Source of the DNA: an uncultured Clostridia bacterium | Lineage (GTDB): Bacteria; Bacillota; Clostridia; Christensenellales; Borkfalkiaceae | Assembly: GCA_947597925.1 (NCBI GenBank) | Contig: CANQFA010000008.1 | Location: forward strand, 1,449 to 65,448 | Length of the DNA stretch: 64,000 nt | Direction of reading: 5' to 3' | Part shown: positions 1-7,982 of the stretch, one piece after another | How the letters are laid out: each line of letters starts with the position of its first letter | Numbering within the stretch: the stretch's first letter is position 1 | Notes under the pieces: model-generated | Database searches by the model: none | Told to the model about the DNA's origin: nothing | What the model saw: only the letters and a program-made list of their open reading frames with translations | Made by a program: the position numbers and the translations under genes

Positions 1-162
1 TTGCTTCTTACCCGTGAGTTCGGCGGGTACCTTGTAGGTCTTGACGTAAACCTTATTCTTGCCCGTAAAAGGGTCTTTGCCGCTACAACGCAGTTCAAAG
101 GAAAGTTCCCCGAAACGGTTGTACTTTTCACGAACGTGCATGAGGTCTTTTTTTATCTTCAT
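1..162 (-). CDS. Phage-type tyrosine integrase, N-terminal arm-binding region (partial, runs off the left edge)
   Basis: Not in the ORF track because it is truncated. My reverse-strand translation from the ATG at 162-160 gives MKIKKDLMHVREKYNRFGELSFELRCSGKDPFTGKNKVYVKTYKVPAELTGKKQ. AGGAG (rc of 171-175) lies 8 nt upstream. The KDPFTGK.K...T.K pattern is typical of the N-terminal arm-type DNA-binding domain of Firmicute phage/ICE integrases. Confidence 0.45.
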   Translation of the reverse strand, partial: MKIKKDLMHVREKYNRFGELSFELRCSGKDPFTGKNKVYVKTYKVPAELTGKKQ

Positions 163-315
163 GAATGATACTCCTGTGACATGATGATTTTTTTGTATAG
201 GATAGAGGGTCAGGGGAGCCGAGTGTTTCGGCTTCCCCGACCATATCCGAATGTTGCCCCATAGATGTTTCCTCGTTCGTGTATTCCTCATTTGTGCTAT
301 GTTGGGGCGGGGTGC

Positions 316-675
316 TTACTTCTTCCACTTCAAGCGTCGGAATACCTCTGCTTGCGTTCGGCACGGGTGGCATTTCTTCTTTTCTCCGCACGGGTTATCT
401 ACTTGTTCGCAACAGGTGAGATGACCGATGAAATCCGTGCCGAGCGTGTCGTCATATCCTTTCAGGGTGAGATAGATTGCCTCTTTGCTCACGTCCTCTA
501 TGGGGTATGTAATGGGCGGGAACGAGTGAAATGTGGATTCCTTATACGCGTCTACGATTGCCTCGTTCAGGTGAACGCCTCGTATGGAATCCCCCAACAC
601 CACGCCCATTTGAATCTCACCGAAGTCGTTCCCAAGCAGTAAAGAGAACATGGCAAACATGATTTGCTGTGGCAT
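316..675 (-). CDS. Hypothetical protein with a Cys-rich SEC-C-like C-terminal tail, possibly 5'-truncated
   Basis: 119-aa ORF ending CCEQVDNPCGEKKKCHPC, which resembles a SEC-C metal-binding motif. The same frame stays open upstream to 846 with no ATG (see finding). AT-rich island context. Confidence 0.35.
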   Translation of the reverse strand: MPQQIMFAMFSLLLGNDFGEIQMGVVLGDSIRGVHLNEAIVDAYKESTFHSFPPITYPIEDVSKEAIYLTLKGYDDTLGTDFIGHLTCCEQVDNPCGEKKKCHPCRTQAEVFRRLKWKK

Positions 676-745
676 GGGGCATAAATTGAAACTCTTCCCG
701 CTAACGCGGATTGCGCTGTCGGGGTAGTAACGGGGTTCGGGGCAA

Positions 746-2542
746 TTGAAATGCTTACAGAAGATTTTAATATCTTCTTTGAGCTTTTCCCGTGCGGCGG
801 CTTCGCGTTCGCATTTCTTCCTGTTGTTTATGATATGGAAGCGCAGTCAAGTCAGGGATTTGATCGATTCGCTTTATAACGGCTATCCTACGGGATATAT
901 CATCACATGGAAGAACCCCGATGTTCGTACGAAAGACGGCGGAATCGCCAACGGCAAAAAGGTGCTTATTGATGGGCAACAACGCATTACTGCTCTTATG
1001 GCAGCAATTGCGGGGTTGGAGGTCCTCGATCAGGATTTCAATAAAGATCGTATACGTATAGCCTTCAATCCCGTTGCGGAAGATGAGAGCAAACGCTTTG
1101 CCGTACAAGACGCGTCACACTTGAAGGATAAACGCTGGATCCCCGATATTTCTGTCGTCTTTTCCGTTGACTTTAAGCAACGCATGTTCGAAAATGAATA
1201 TTTGAAGAACAATCCGTCCGTCGATCCCGAGGAGTTATCCGAGATCATTATGAAGCTGAAAGCGATTGCGAACAGACAAATCGGCGTTATCGAACTCAAT
1301 CATAATTTGGACATCGATGAAGTAACCGAAATTTTTATACGAATCAACTCCAAAGGAACGGAATTGAGTCAATCCGATTTTGTCATGTCGAAAATGGCGG
1401 CAGATACCGCTCATGGTGGCGGATTGATGAGAAAAGCGGTCGATTATTTCTGTCATCTTGCGGTAAAACCGGAATTTTATCCTCAAATAGTACATGATGC
1501 GGAATTTCAGGCCTCACCTTACGCCGGCAAGATCAAGTGGCTCGCAAACGATTACGACGACATCTATGACCCTGATTATGGCGATATGCTTCGGGTTTCG
1601 TTCATGCACCAATTCCGCCGCGGTAAACTGGCAGATCTTGTCAGTTTACTTTCTGGTCGTGATTTCAAAACGAAGGAGTTCCGCGACGACATCGTGGAAG
1701 ATTCTTATGCGAAGCTCAGCACAGGCATCATGAATTTTATAAACCAATATAATTTTGCGCAATTTGTAATGGCAATTAAAGGCGCAGGATTTGTATCAAG
1801 CAAACTTCTCAATTCCAAAATGACGCTGGATTTTGCATACACATTATATTTAATTCTTTTACAAGACAAATCGATCCCCAATGCACAGATCAAGCGTTAT
1901 GTTCAAAAGTGGTTCGTTTTGGCAACTTTGACATCGCGTTATATCGGTTCTCCCGAAACAACCATGGATCGGGATATGCGTAGTATCGAAGAAAAGGGAT
2001 TTTTGAACTTCATGTCAGAAACGGAGGCCGCAAATCTATCGGATACGTTTTGGAACATCACGCTTCCGCAATACCTTGAAACTTCTTCGGTGAATAGCCC
2101 TGCTTTTAATGTGTTTTTGGCGGCGCAAATCAACATGAATTGCAATTCTATGTTGATGAATGGGACAAAGATTTCCGATTTAATAAGTATTTCCGGTGAC
2201 GTTCATCACATCTTTCCCCGTGCTTATCTGAAAAGTAACGGTGTAGAGTCCAAAACCAAATACAATCAGGTCGCTAATTATATTTATCTTGATACGCAAG
2301 TAAATAAGGCAATCAGTGATGACGCTCCTTGCGTATACTTCTCGAAAGCTATTCATCAATGCGAGACGGGGGAAATCGTTTTGGGAAATATTTCCGATAT
2401 CAACGTCTTTAAGAAAAATCTCGAAGAAAATTGCATTCCGGACGGAATAGAAAAAATGGCAGTTGAAAGCTACGACGATTTCCTTGTAAAAAGGCGTGGT
2501 CTTATGGCAAAACTGATTGAGCAATATTATAACAAACTCTGA
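746..2542 (+). CDS. DUF262 (ParB/Srx-like, DGQQR motif) plus C-terminal DUF1524/His-Me-finger-like nuclease domain; GmrSD/BrxU/SspE-family type IV restriction-like protein
   Basis: LIDGQQRITAL motif near the N-terminus. The C-terminus has GDVHHIFPRAYL...YNQVANYIYLDTQVN (H-H...N...N). The first 28 codons (MKCLQKILISSLSFSRAAAS...) look non-native, and the FQR part of the usual FQR..VW motif is missing. An alternative ATG is at 830. Confidence 0.75.
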   Translation: MKCLQKILISSLSFSRAAASRSHFFLLFMIWKRSQVRDLIDSLYNGYPTGYIITWKNPDVRTKDGGIANGKKVLIDGQQRITALMAAIAGLEVLDQDFNKDRIRIAFNPVAEDESKRFAVQDASHLKDKRWIPDISVVFSVDFKQRMFENEYLKNNPSVDPEELSEIIMKLKAIANRQIGVIELNHNLDIDEVTEIFIRINSKGTELSQSDFVMSKMAADTAHGGGLMRKAVDYFCHLAVKPEFYPQIVHDAEFQASPYAGKIKWLANDYDDIYDPDYGDMLRVSFMHQFRRGKLADLVSLLSGRDFKTKEFRDDIVEDSYAKLSTGIMNFINQYNFAQFVMAIKGAGFVSSKLLNSKMTLDFAYTLYLILLQDKSIPNAQIKRYVQKWFVLATLTSRYIGSPETTMDRDMRSIEEKGFLNFMSETEAANLSDTFWNITLPQYLETSSVNSPAFNVFLAAQINMNCNSMLMNGTKISDLISISGDVHHIFPRAYLKSNGVESKTKYNQVANYIYLDTQVNKAISDDAPCVYFSKAIHQCETGEIVLGNISDINVFKKNLEENCIPDGIEKMAVESYDDFLVKRRGLMAKLIEQYYNKL

Positions 2543-2633
2543 TAAAACTTATTAGAGGACGCGCGTGCTTTCATAAAAATATTTAGGCGGCTAATGCTTT
2601 CAGGCAACAGCAGGGCAGTCATTTGGTGAGTCA

Positions 2634-2678
2634 AAGCCAAAAAAATAAGACGAGGCTTGTCCTCGTCTTATTTTTTTG
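2634..2678. terminator. Bidirectional rho-independent terminator
   Basis: Hairpin taagacgagg-cttgt-cctcgtctta (2646-2670), flanked by an A-run upstream and a T-run downstream. It sits between the convergent DUF262 gene and trxA. Confidence 0.7.
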
Positions 2679-2713
2679 CGCGGCATTGTCATACGCGGGG
2701 AGCCGCTTTCCGA

Positions 2714-3025
2714 TCAGAGATTTTCTTCGAGGAAGTGCTCCATCTGCTCCTCGGAGAGGTAGCCGACGCTGTGCGCCTTCACCTGTCCGTCCGCGAAGAC
2801 ATAGACATCCGGGATGGAGAAGATGCCGAGGGAGGCCGCGAGATCGCCGTTTTCATCCACGTTGATCTTCACAAATCTGGCTCTCTCCGCAAATTTTTCC
2901 CCAAGTTTTTCCAGCACGGGGCCGAGCATGCGGCAGGGGCCGCACCAAGGCGCCCAGAAGTCGCACACCACCGTCTCCCCGCTCGATACGAGTTCATCCA
3001 ATGCTCTTCCCGTCAATTCTTCCAT
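2714..3025 (-). CDS. trxA: Thioredoxin
   Basis: 103 aa with the WAPWCGPCRM active site. Confidence 0.95.
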   Translation of the reverse strand: MEELTGRALDELVSSGETVVCDFWAPWCGPCRMLGPVLEKLGEKFAERARFVKINVDENGDLAASLGIFSIPDVYVFADGQVKAHSVGYLSEEQMEHFLEENL

Positions 3026-3029
3026 GAGT

Positions 3030-4289
3030 TCACCTCCGCAGACACTCTTTGATATACTGTGCGATCTCGCCGAATTTTACGCGCTCGGACGTAGACGCGA
3101 ACATGTTGCGCACCTCTGCGGCGCCCTCGCGGAGTTCTTCCTCGCCGATGGTGACGACGACGGGGAAGTTGAGCTTGCCCGCATACTTGAACTGCGCCTT
3201 GACGGAGCGGTCCATGAGGTCGGTCTCCACGAGGAGCCCTTCCCCGCGCAATTCTTCGGCGAGTGAGAGTGCATAGGCGCGCGACGGGGCATCCATGCCC
3301 GCGATATAGGCGTCGGGAAGCTGCTCCGCCGTGGGAACATCTACTGCACTCATCACCATGAGAAGGCGCTCCAACCCCGCCGCAAATCCTACCGCGGGAG
3401 TGGGCTTCGCCCCGAGCTGCTCCAAGAGGCCATCGTACCTGCCGCCGCCGAGCACGGTGCTCTGTGCGCCCAGCGCGGAGGAGGTGAACTCAAAGACGGT
3501 GCGGCTGTAATAGTCGAGTCCGCGGACGATGCGGGGGTTGACGGTGTAGGCGACCTTCCCGTCGAGCAGCTTTTTCACGGCCTCGAAGTGGGCGCGGCAA
3601 TCGTCGCACAGGCTGTCCAAAATGCTCGGTGCGCCCGCGGAAATTTCCTTGCAGACCTCCTCCTTGCAATCGAGCAGGCGCATGGGATTTTTTTCGAAGC
3701 GGACCTTGCAATCTGCGCACAGTTTGTCGAGATGGGGTCGGAAATATGCCCTCAATGCCTCCGCGTACTTTGCGCGGCAAGCAGGGCATCCGATGCTGTT
3801 CAGTTCGAGATGCACCGCTTCTCCCACGCCGAGCGAGTTCAAGAACCTGTTCGCGAGCAAGATGACCTCTGCGTCCGCTTCGGGTTGGGCGGAGCCGTAT
3901 AGTTCGGCGCCGAACTGGTGAAATTCGCGCAGCCTGCCCGCCTGCGGCCGCTCATAGCGGAAGGCGGAGATGAGGTAATACGCCTTAAAGGGCATCACGC
4001 CCCCCTGCAATCCGTTGGAGAGAAAGGCGCGCGCGACCCCCGCCGTGCCCTCGGGGCGGAGGGTGATGGAGCGGTCCCCCTTGTCGAGGAAGGTATACAT
4101 CTCCTTCGTCACGATGTCGCTCGTGTCCCCCACGCCGCGCGAAAAGAGCTCGGTGTGCTCAAATACGGGGGTGCGGATCTCCTTGAATCCGTACAGTTTT
4201 GCCGTCTCGCGGGCAATGCCCTCCACCGTCTGCCAGAGATAGGCCTCCGACGGGAGCATGTCCTTACAGCCCTTGGGTATCTGGATCAT
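3030..4289 (-). CDS. hisS: Histidine--tRNA ligase
   Basis: 419 aa. Class II HisRS signatures (MIQIPKGCKDMLP..., RYERPQAGRLREFHQFG, GGGRYDGL). Confidence 0.95.
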   Translation of the reverse strand: MIQIPKGCKDMLPSEAYLWQTVEGIARETAKLYGFKEIRTPVFEHTELFSRGVGDTSDIVTKEMYTFLDKGDRSITLRPEGTAGVARAFLSNGLQGGVMPFKAYYLISAFRYERPQAGRLREFHQFGAELYGSAQPEADAEVILLANRFLNSLGVGEAVHLELNSIGCPACRAKYAEALRAYFRPHLDKLCADCKVRFEKNPMRLLDCKEEVCKEISAGAPSILDSLCDDCRAHFEAVKKLLDGKVAYTVNPRIVRGLDYYSRTVFEFTSSALGAQSTVLGGGRYDGLLEQLGAKPTPAVGFAAGLERLLMVMSAVDVPTAEQLPDAYIAGMDAPSRAYALSLAEELRGEGLLVETDLMDRSVKAQFKYAGKLNFPVVVTIGEEELREGAAEVRNMFASTSERVKFGEIAQYIKECLRR

Positions 4290-4332
4290 TGGTTGCTCCT
4301 TATTTCAGTCCGTAATTTCGGACATGGGTGTC

Positions 4333-5154
4333 TCATTCTATGCCGAGACGCTCGAGTGCCTCGGCGGCGTCGGCGTCCCCGTCGTCTGCGGCGCGCTCAT
4401 ACCGGAGGATCGCCTGTTCGAGGTCTTTTTCGGTGCCGATGCCCTCTTCGTAGCATCTGCCCAGTGCGGTCTTCGCCCACAGGCAGTCGCGCTCGGCGGA
4501 GGCGCGGTAGAGCGAAAAGGCCTTCTCGGCGCTCTTCTCCGTCCCGTTGCCCGCTTCGGCGCACACGCCGAGGTAGTACAGGGCAAGCGCATCGCCCTGC
4601 GCGGCGGCCATATGGAGCCAGCGGACGGCCTCTTCGTAGTTCTGCTTGATATAACCTGTCGTCTCGTCGGACATCCCATAGCCGTGGAAATAGAGCATGC
4701 CGAGGTCATATTGTGCCAAAAGGGAGCCCCTTTCGGCGGCCTCCGCAAGCAGGGCGCGCCCCTTTTCGAGGTGTGCACGCATGCCCAGCCCCTGCGAATA
4801 GATGCAGCTGAGCGCATAGAGGGCATCGGCATGTCCGCCCTTCGAGGCCTTTTCGTACCACAGGCGGGCCTCGTTCCATTCGTCCTGCGCGATGCCGCGG
4901 TTATCCCGCTCGAAGATATTTAAGGGCGCGCGGAGATTGGGGCTTCCCGAAGGGATCTGATCGCGGATATAGGCGATCTTCCTCTCTGCCTCCCTCTCGT
5001 AAAAGGCCCCCATGAGGTACTGCGCCTCCGTCTCCCCTCCGTTTGCGCGGGAGAGCAGGGCGGCGAGCGCCCCTTCGTCTTCGGGAAGGTCGAGCTCTAC
5101 GCTCGCCTCCATGCAGAAGGGAACTTTTTCGAGGTTCAGAGTGATGGGCAGCAT
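4333..5154 (-). CDS. Sel1-like repeat (SLR/TPR) protein
   Basis: Repeated A.Y.LG.CY..G.G...D...A..WY..AA motifs. AAGGAG SD upstream of 5154. Confidence 0.8.
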   Translation of the reverse strand: MLPITLNLEKVPFCMEASVELDLPEDEGALAALLSRANGGETEAQYLMGAFYEREAERKIAYIRDQIPSGSPNLRAPLNIFERDNRGIAQDEWNEARLWYEKASKGGHADALYALSCIYSQGLGMRAHLEKGRALLAEAAERGSLLAQYDLGMLYFHGYGMSDETTGYIKQNYEEAVRWLHMAAAQGDALALYYLGVCAEAGNGTEKSAEKAFSLYRASAERDCLWAKTALGRCYEEGIGTEKDLEQAILRYERAADDGDADAAEALERLGIE

Positions 5155-5289
5155 GTTTTTTCTCCTTATGATGCGGACATGGTATGGGCATGTGCGATCA
5201 AACGCGGGATCCCTCGACTTCGCTCGGGATGACAGAAGCAGCCCGCTCGGGATGACATGAGAAGCTTCGCTCGTAATGACGTGAGAAGG

Positions 5290-5707
5290 CTCAATTTGCG
5301 CCGCGCGCTTCTTGCCCGATGAAACGATGAAGAGACAAAGGCAAGTTAAAGCGCTGACGCCAATTTCTATCGCGGATTTCTATGCCCTCAATTGAGATCC
5401 CTCGCTTCGCTCGGGATGACGTGAGAAGGCTCGGGATGACAAAAAAGGCGTCTGATAAATAGAAATCCGCGAAACTTCAATCTTCTCTGAAAAACCAAAA
5501 ACCACGCTTTTTGGTTTTTCCCTCAATTTGCGCCGCGCGCTTCTTGTCTGATGAAACGGCGAAGAGCCAAAGGCAAGTTGAAGCGCTTAAGACAGTTTCT
5601 ATCGCGGATTTCTATGCCCTCAATTGAGCTCCCTCGCTTCGCTCGGGATGACGTGAGAAGGCTCGGGATGACAAAAAAGGCTTCTAATAGATAGAAATCC
5701 GCGAAAC
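5290..5707. repeat. Two copies of a 186-bp structured intergenic repeat (5290-5475 and 5522-5707, period 232 bp), with a degenerate partial copy at about 5205-5289
   Basis: Direct reading shows the copies differ at only a handful of positions. Each contains the palindrome ctcaattgag and a 14-bp long-range inverted repeat (tcgcggatttctat / atagaaatccgcga). Each also has REP-like hairpins (atccc-N11-gggat, gctcgggatgac units). The 46-bp spacer holds an A/T-only hairpin (aaaccaaaaa-ccacgc-tttttggttt). Confidence 0.8.
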
Positions 5708-5709
5708 CC

Positions 5710-7017
5710 TCACAGCACGTATTTCTTCAGATCTCTGTCCTTCGTGATGCTCTTCAGGTGCTCCTCGACATAGGCGCGGTTGACCTCGACCGTGGTCATG
5801 GGGTAGTCGCCGCCCGCATTGTACGAGATATCTTCGAGGAGGGACTCCATCACGGTGTGCAGCCGCCGCGCGCCGATATCTTCGCTCGTCAGGTTGATCT
5901 CCTCGGCGATCTCGGCGATGGCGTCGATGGCGTCGGGCGAAAAGCGAAGGTCGATATTGTCCACGGCGAGCAGGACCGCATATTGCTGAGTGAGGGAATG
6001 CTCGGTATTCGTGAGGATATCGACAAAGTCCTGCTTCGTGAGCGAATGGAGCTCCACGGAGACGGGGAATCTTCCCTGCAGTTCGGGAATGAGGTCCTCC
6101 ACGCGCGACACGTGAAAGGCGCCCGCCGCGATAAAGAGCATGTAGTCCGTCTTCACGGGGCCGTACTTGGTCATGACCGTACTGCCCTCGACGATGGGAA
6201 GGATGTCGCGCTGGACCCCCTCGCGGGAGACATCGGCGCCCGAAGTGTTGCCCTTGCCCGCGATCTTGTCGATCTCATCGATGAAGATGATGCCGTCGTT
6301 TTCGGCGCGGCGGAGGGCCTCGTCGGTGACGGCGTCGTCATCGATGAGCTTTTCCGCTTCCTCGGCAGTGTAGAGCTTCCTGAGCTCCTTTACCGTGAGG
6401 GTGCGCTTCTTGTGCTTGGCGGGGAACATTCCCCCGAGGATGGAGCCGAGATCGATCGCGGCGCCGCCCGGGAGGAGCTCCATGCTCTTGGGCTCGTCTA
6501 AGACATCTGCCTCCAGAGAGAGATTGTCAAACTCCCCTTTTTGCAGCGATGTGAGGAGGTTCTCCTCGAAGAGTTTGCGATCGAGCTCGCCGCGGTCATT
6601 TTTCTTGACCTCGACGAGGAGCTTCAGAATGCGCTGCTCGGCGGCCGCCTTTGCCTTGGCGGAGACCTCCGCCGTCTTTTCATCCTTGACGAGGCGGATG
6701 GCGCACTCCACGAGATCGCGCACCATGCCCTCGACATCCTTGCCGACATAGCCGACTTCGGTATATTTCGTCGCCTCGACCTTGACGAAGGGCGCCTTTA
6801 CGAGCTTTGCGAGCCGCCGTGCGATCTCCGTCTTGCCGACACCCGTGGGCCCCTTCATGATGATGTTTTTGGGCGTGATCTCGTCGCGCAGTTCCTGTGA
6901 GAGCTGTGCGCGGCGATAGCGGTTCCGCAGGGCAATGGCGACCGCCTTTTTGGCCTCGTCCTGCCCGATGATGTGCTTATTGAGTTCGGTTACGATCTGT
7001 TTGGGTGAAAGATCCAT
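5710..7017 (-). CDS. hslU: ATP-dependent protease ATPase subunit HslU (ClpY)
   Basis: MDLSPKQIVTELNKHIIGQDEAKKAVAIALRNRYRR, Walker [16 protein letters not shown]. Start moved to the ATG at 7017 (GAAGGAG SD 8 nt upstream). The track start at 7044 would include the SD. Confidence 0.95.
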   Translation of the reverse strand: MDLSPKQIVTELNKHIIGQDEAKKAVAIALRNRYRRAQLSQELRDEITPKNIIMKGPTGVGKTEIARRLAKLVKAPFVKVEATKYTEVGYVGKDVEGMVRDLVECAIRLVKDEKTAEVSAKAKAAAEQRILKLLVEVKKNDRGELDRKLFEENLLTSLQKGEFDNLSLEADVLDEPKSMELLPGGAAIDLGSILGGMFPAKHKKRTLTVKELRKLYTAEEAEKLIDDDAVTDEALRRAENDGIIFIDEIDKIAGKGNTSGADVSREGVQRDILPIVEGSTVMTKYGPVKTDYMLFIAAGAFHVSRVEDLIPELQGRFPVSVELHSLTKQDFVDILTNTEHSLTQQYAVLLAVDNIDLRFSPDAIDAIAEIAEEINLTSEDIGARRLHTVMESLLEDISYNAGGDYPMTTVEVNRAYVEEHLKSITKDRDLKKYVL

Positions 7018-7103
7018 GATGATAACTCCTTCTATGTTTCCCAAGGCCTACCCTTTTTTGGGGGAACTTGGGCAAGGCCTACCCCCTCCGGGGGCTTTTT
7101 CGC

Positions 7104-7237
7104 GTCATTTCGACGAGGCACTATAATGGTGTCATTCTGAGCCTGTCGAAGAATCGCCTTAGCCTTACCAACACGTCATTTCGACGAGGCGCTATTGTGG
7201 TGTCATTCTGAGCCTGTCGAAGAATCGCCTTAGCCTT
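7104..7237. repeat. Tandem 63-bp REP-like repeat (7104-7166 and 7175-7237, period 71 bp) inside the hslV-hslU spacer
   Basis: The unit is gtcatttcgacgaggcRctatWRtggtgtcattctgagcctgtcgaagaatcgccttagcctt and contains the hairpin attct-N11-agaat. Four additional CCCCC-N3-6-GGGGGTAGG hairpins lie at about 7046-7095 and 7305-7370. Confidence 0.8.
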
Positions 7238-7377
7238 CTGTTCCCCTTTTTTCATAAGACTGCGGCGGCCCTTCGACTTCGCTCAGGGTGACATATTTAT
7301 CGTGCCCCCGGTTGGGGGTAGGGCTTTTATCGCCACATCCGTCACTCACTTCCCCCCGTCGGGGGTAGTGCTTTTTC

Positions 7378-7911
7378 TCACACGGTTTCGCAGAGAATGT
7401 GGTCGTTTGTGAAGACGCAGATCTCCGAGGCGATCTTCAGGGACTTCCGCGCGATCTCCTCGGCGGAAAAGTCGGTATTTTGCGCGAGCGCACGGGCAGC
7501 GGCGAGGGCATAATTTCCCCCGCTCCCGATGGCACAGATGCCCTCGTCGGGTTCTATGACCTCCCCCGTCCCCGAGAGAATGAGGAGAGTGTCCTTGTCC
7601 GCGGTGATCATCATGGCATCGAGCTTGCGGCCTATCTTGTCGCTTCGCCAGAGGTCCGCGAGCTCCACCGCCGAGCGCATGAGGTTGCCCGCAAACTTAT
7701 TGAGCATTCCCTCGAAGCGCTCCGAGAGGGAAAAGGCGTCGGTGACGCTCCCCGCAAAGCCGAGGATCACCTTTCCCCCGTAGATGCGGCGCACCTTGAC
7801 TGCCGTATTTTTGAAGATGACGCTCTCGCCCAAGGTGACCTGTCCGTCCCCCGCGATCGCGGTCACGCCGTTTCGCTTGACGGCGCAAATGGTCGTACCT
7901 CTGAATTCCAT
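7378..7911 (-). CDS. hslV: ATP-dependent protease subunit HslV (ClpQ)
   Basis: [15 protein letters not shown]... with an N-terminal Thr nucleophile context. AAGGAG SD. Confidence 0.95.
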   Translation of the reverse strand: MEFRGTTICAVKRNGVTAIAGDGQVTLGESVIFKNTAVKVRRIYGGKVILGFAGSVTDAFSLSERFEGMLNKFAGNLMRSAVELADLWRSDKIGRKLDAMMITADKDTLLILSGTGEVIEPDEGICAIGSGGNYALAAARALAQNTDFSAEEIARKSLKIASEICVFTNDHILCETV

Positions 7912-7982
7912 GTCGTTCTCCTTCGCCCGAAAAGGGCATGCTTCTTACTTGTATTTACCCGAAATCCCGCCCTTTGAAACGT

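Larger units (their letters stand above)
1..2640. mobile_element. Right-hand part of an AT-richer integrated element (integrase plus cargo); the composition shift to host-like GC occurs near 2.6-2.7 kb
   Basis: Integrase N-terminus at the left edge. This block is visibly lower in GC than everything right of 2714. No att site or tRNA identified. Confidence 0.35.

Noticed and set aside
128-391. 87-aa minus-strand ORF
   Set aside because: It overlaps the integrase promoter region and the end of ORF 316-675. It has no SD and low-complexity P/E/T/S composition.
5290-5707. Possible CRISPR array
   Set aside because: Only two full units are present, with a 232-bp period and a 46-bp spacer. There is no 25-40-bp repeat/spacer alternation and there are no cas genes in the window.
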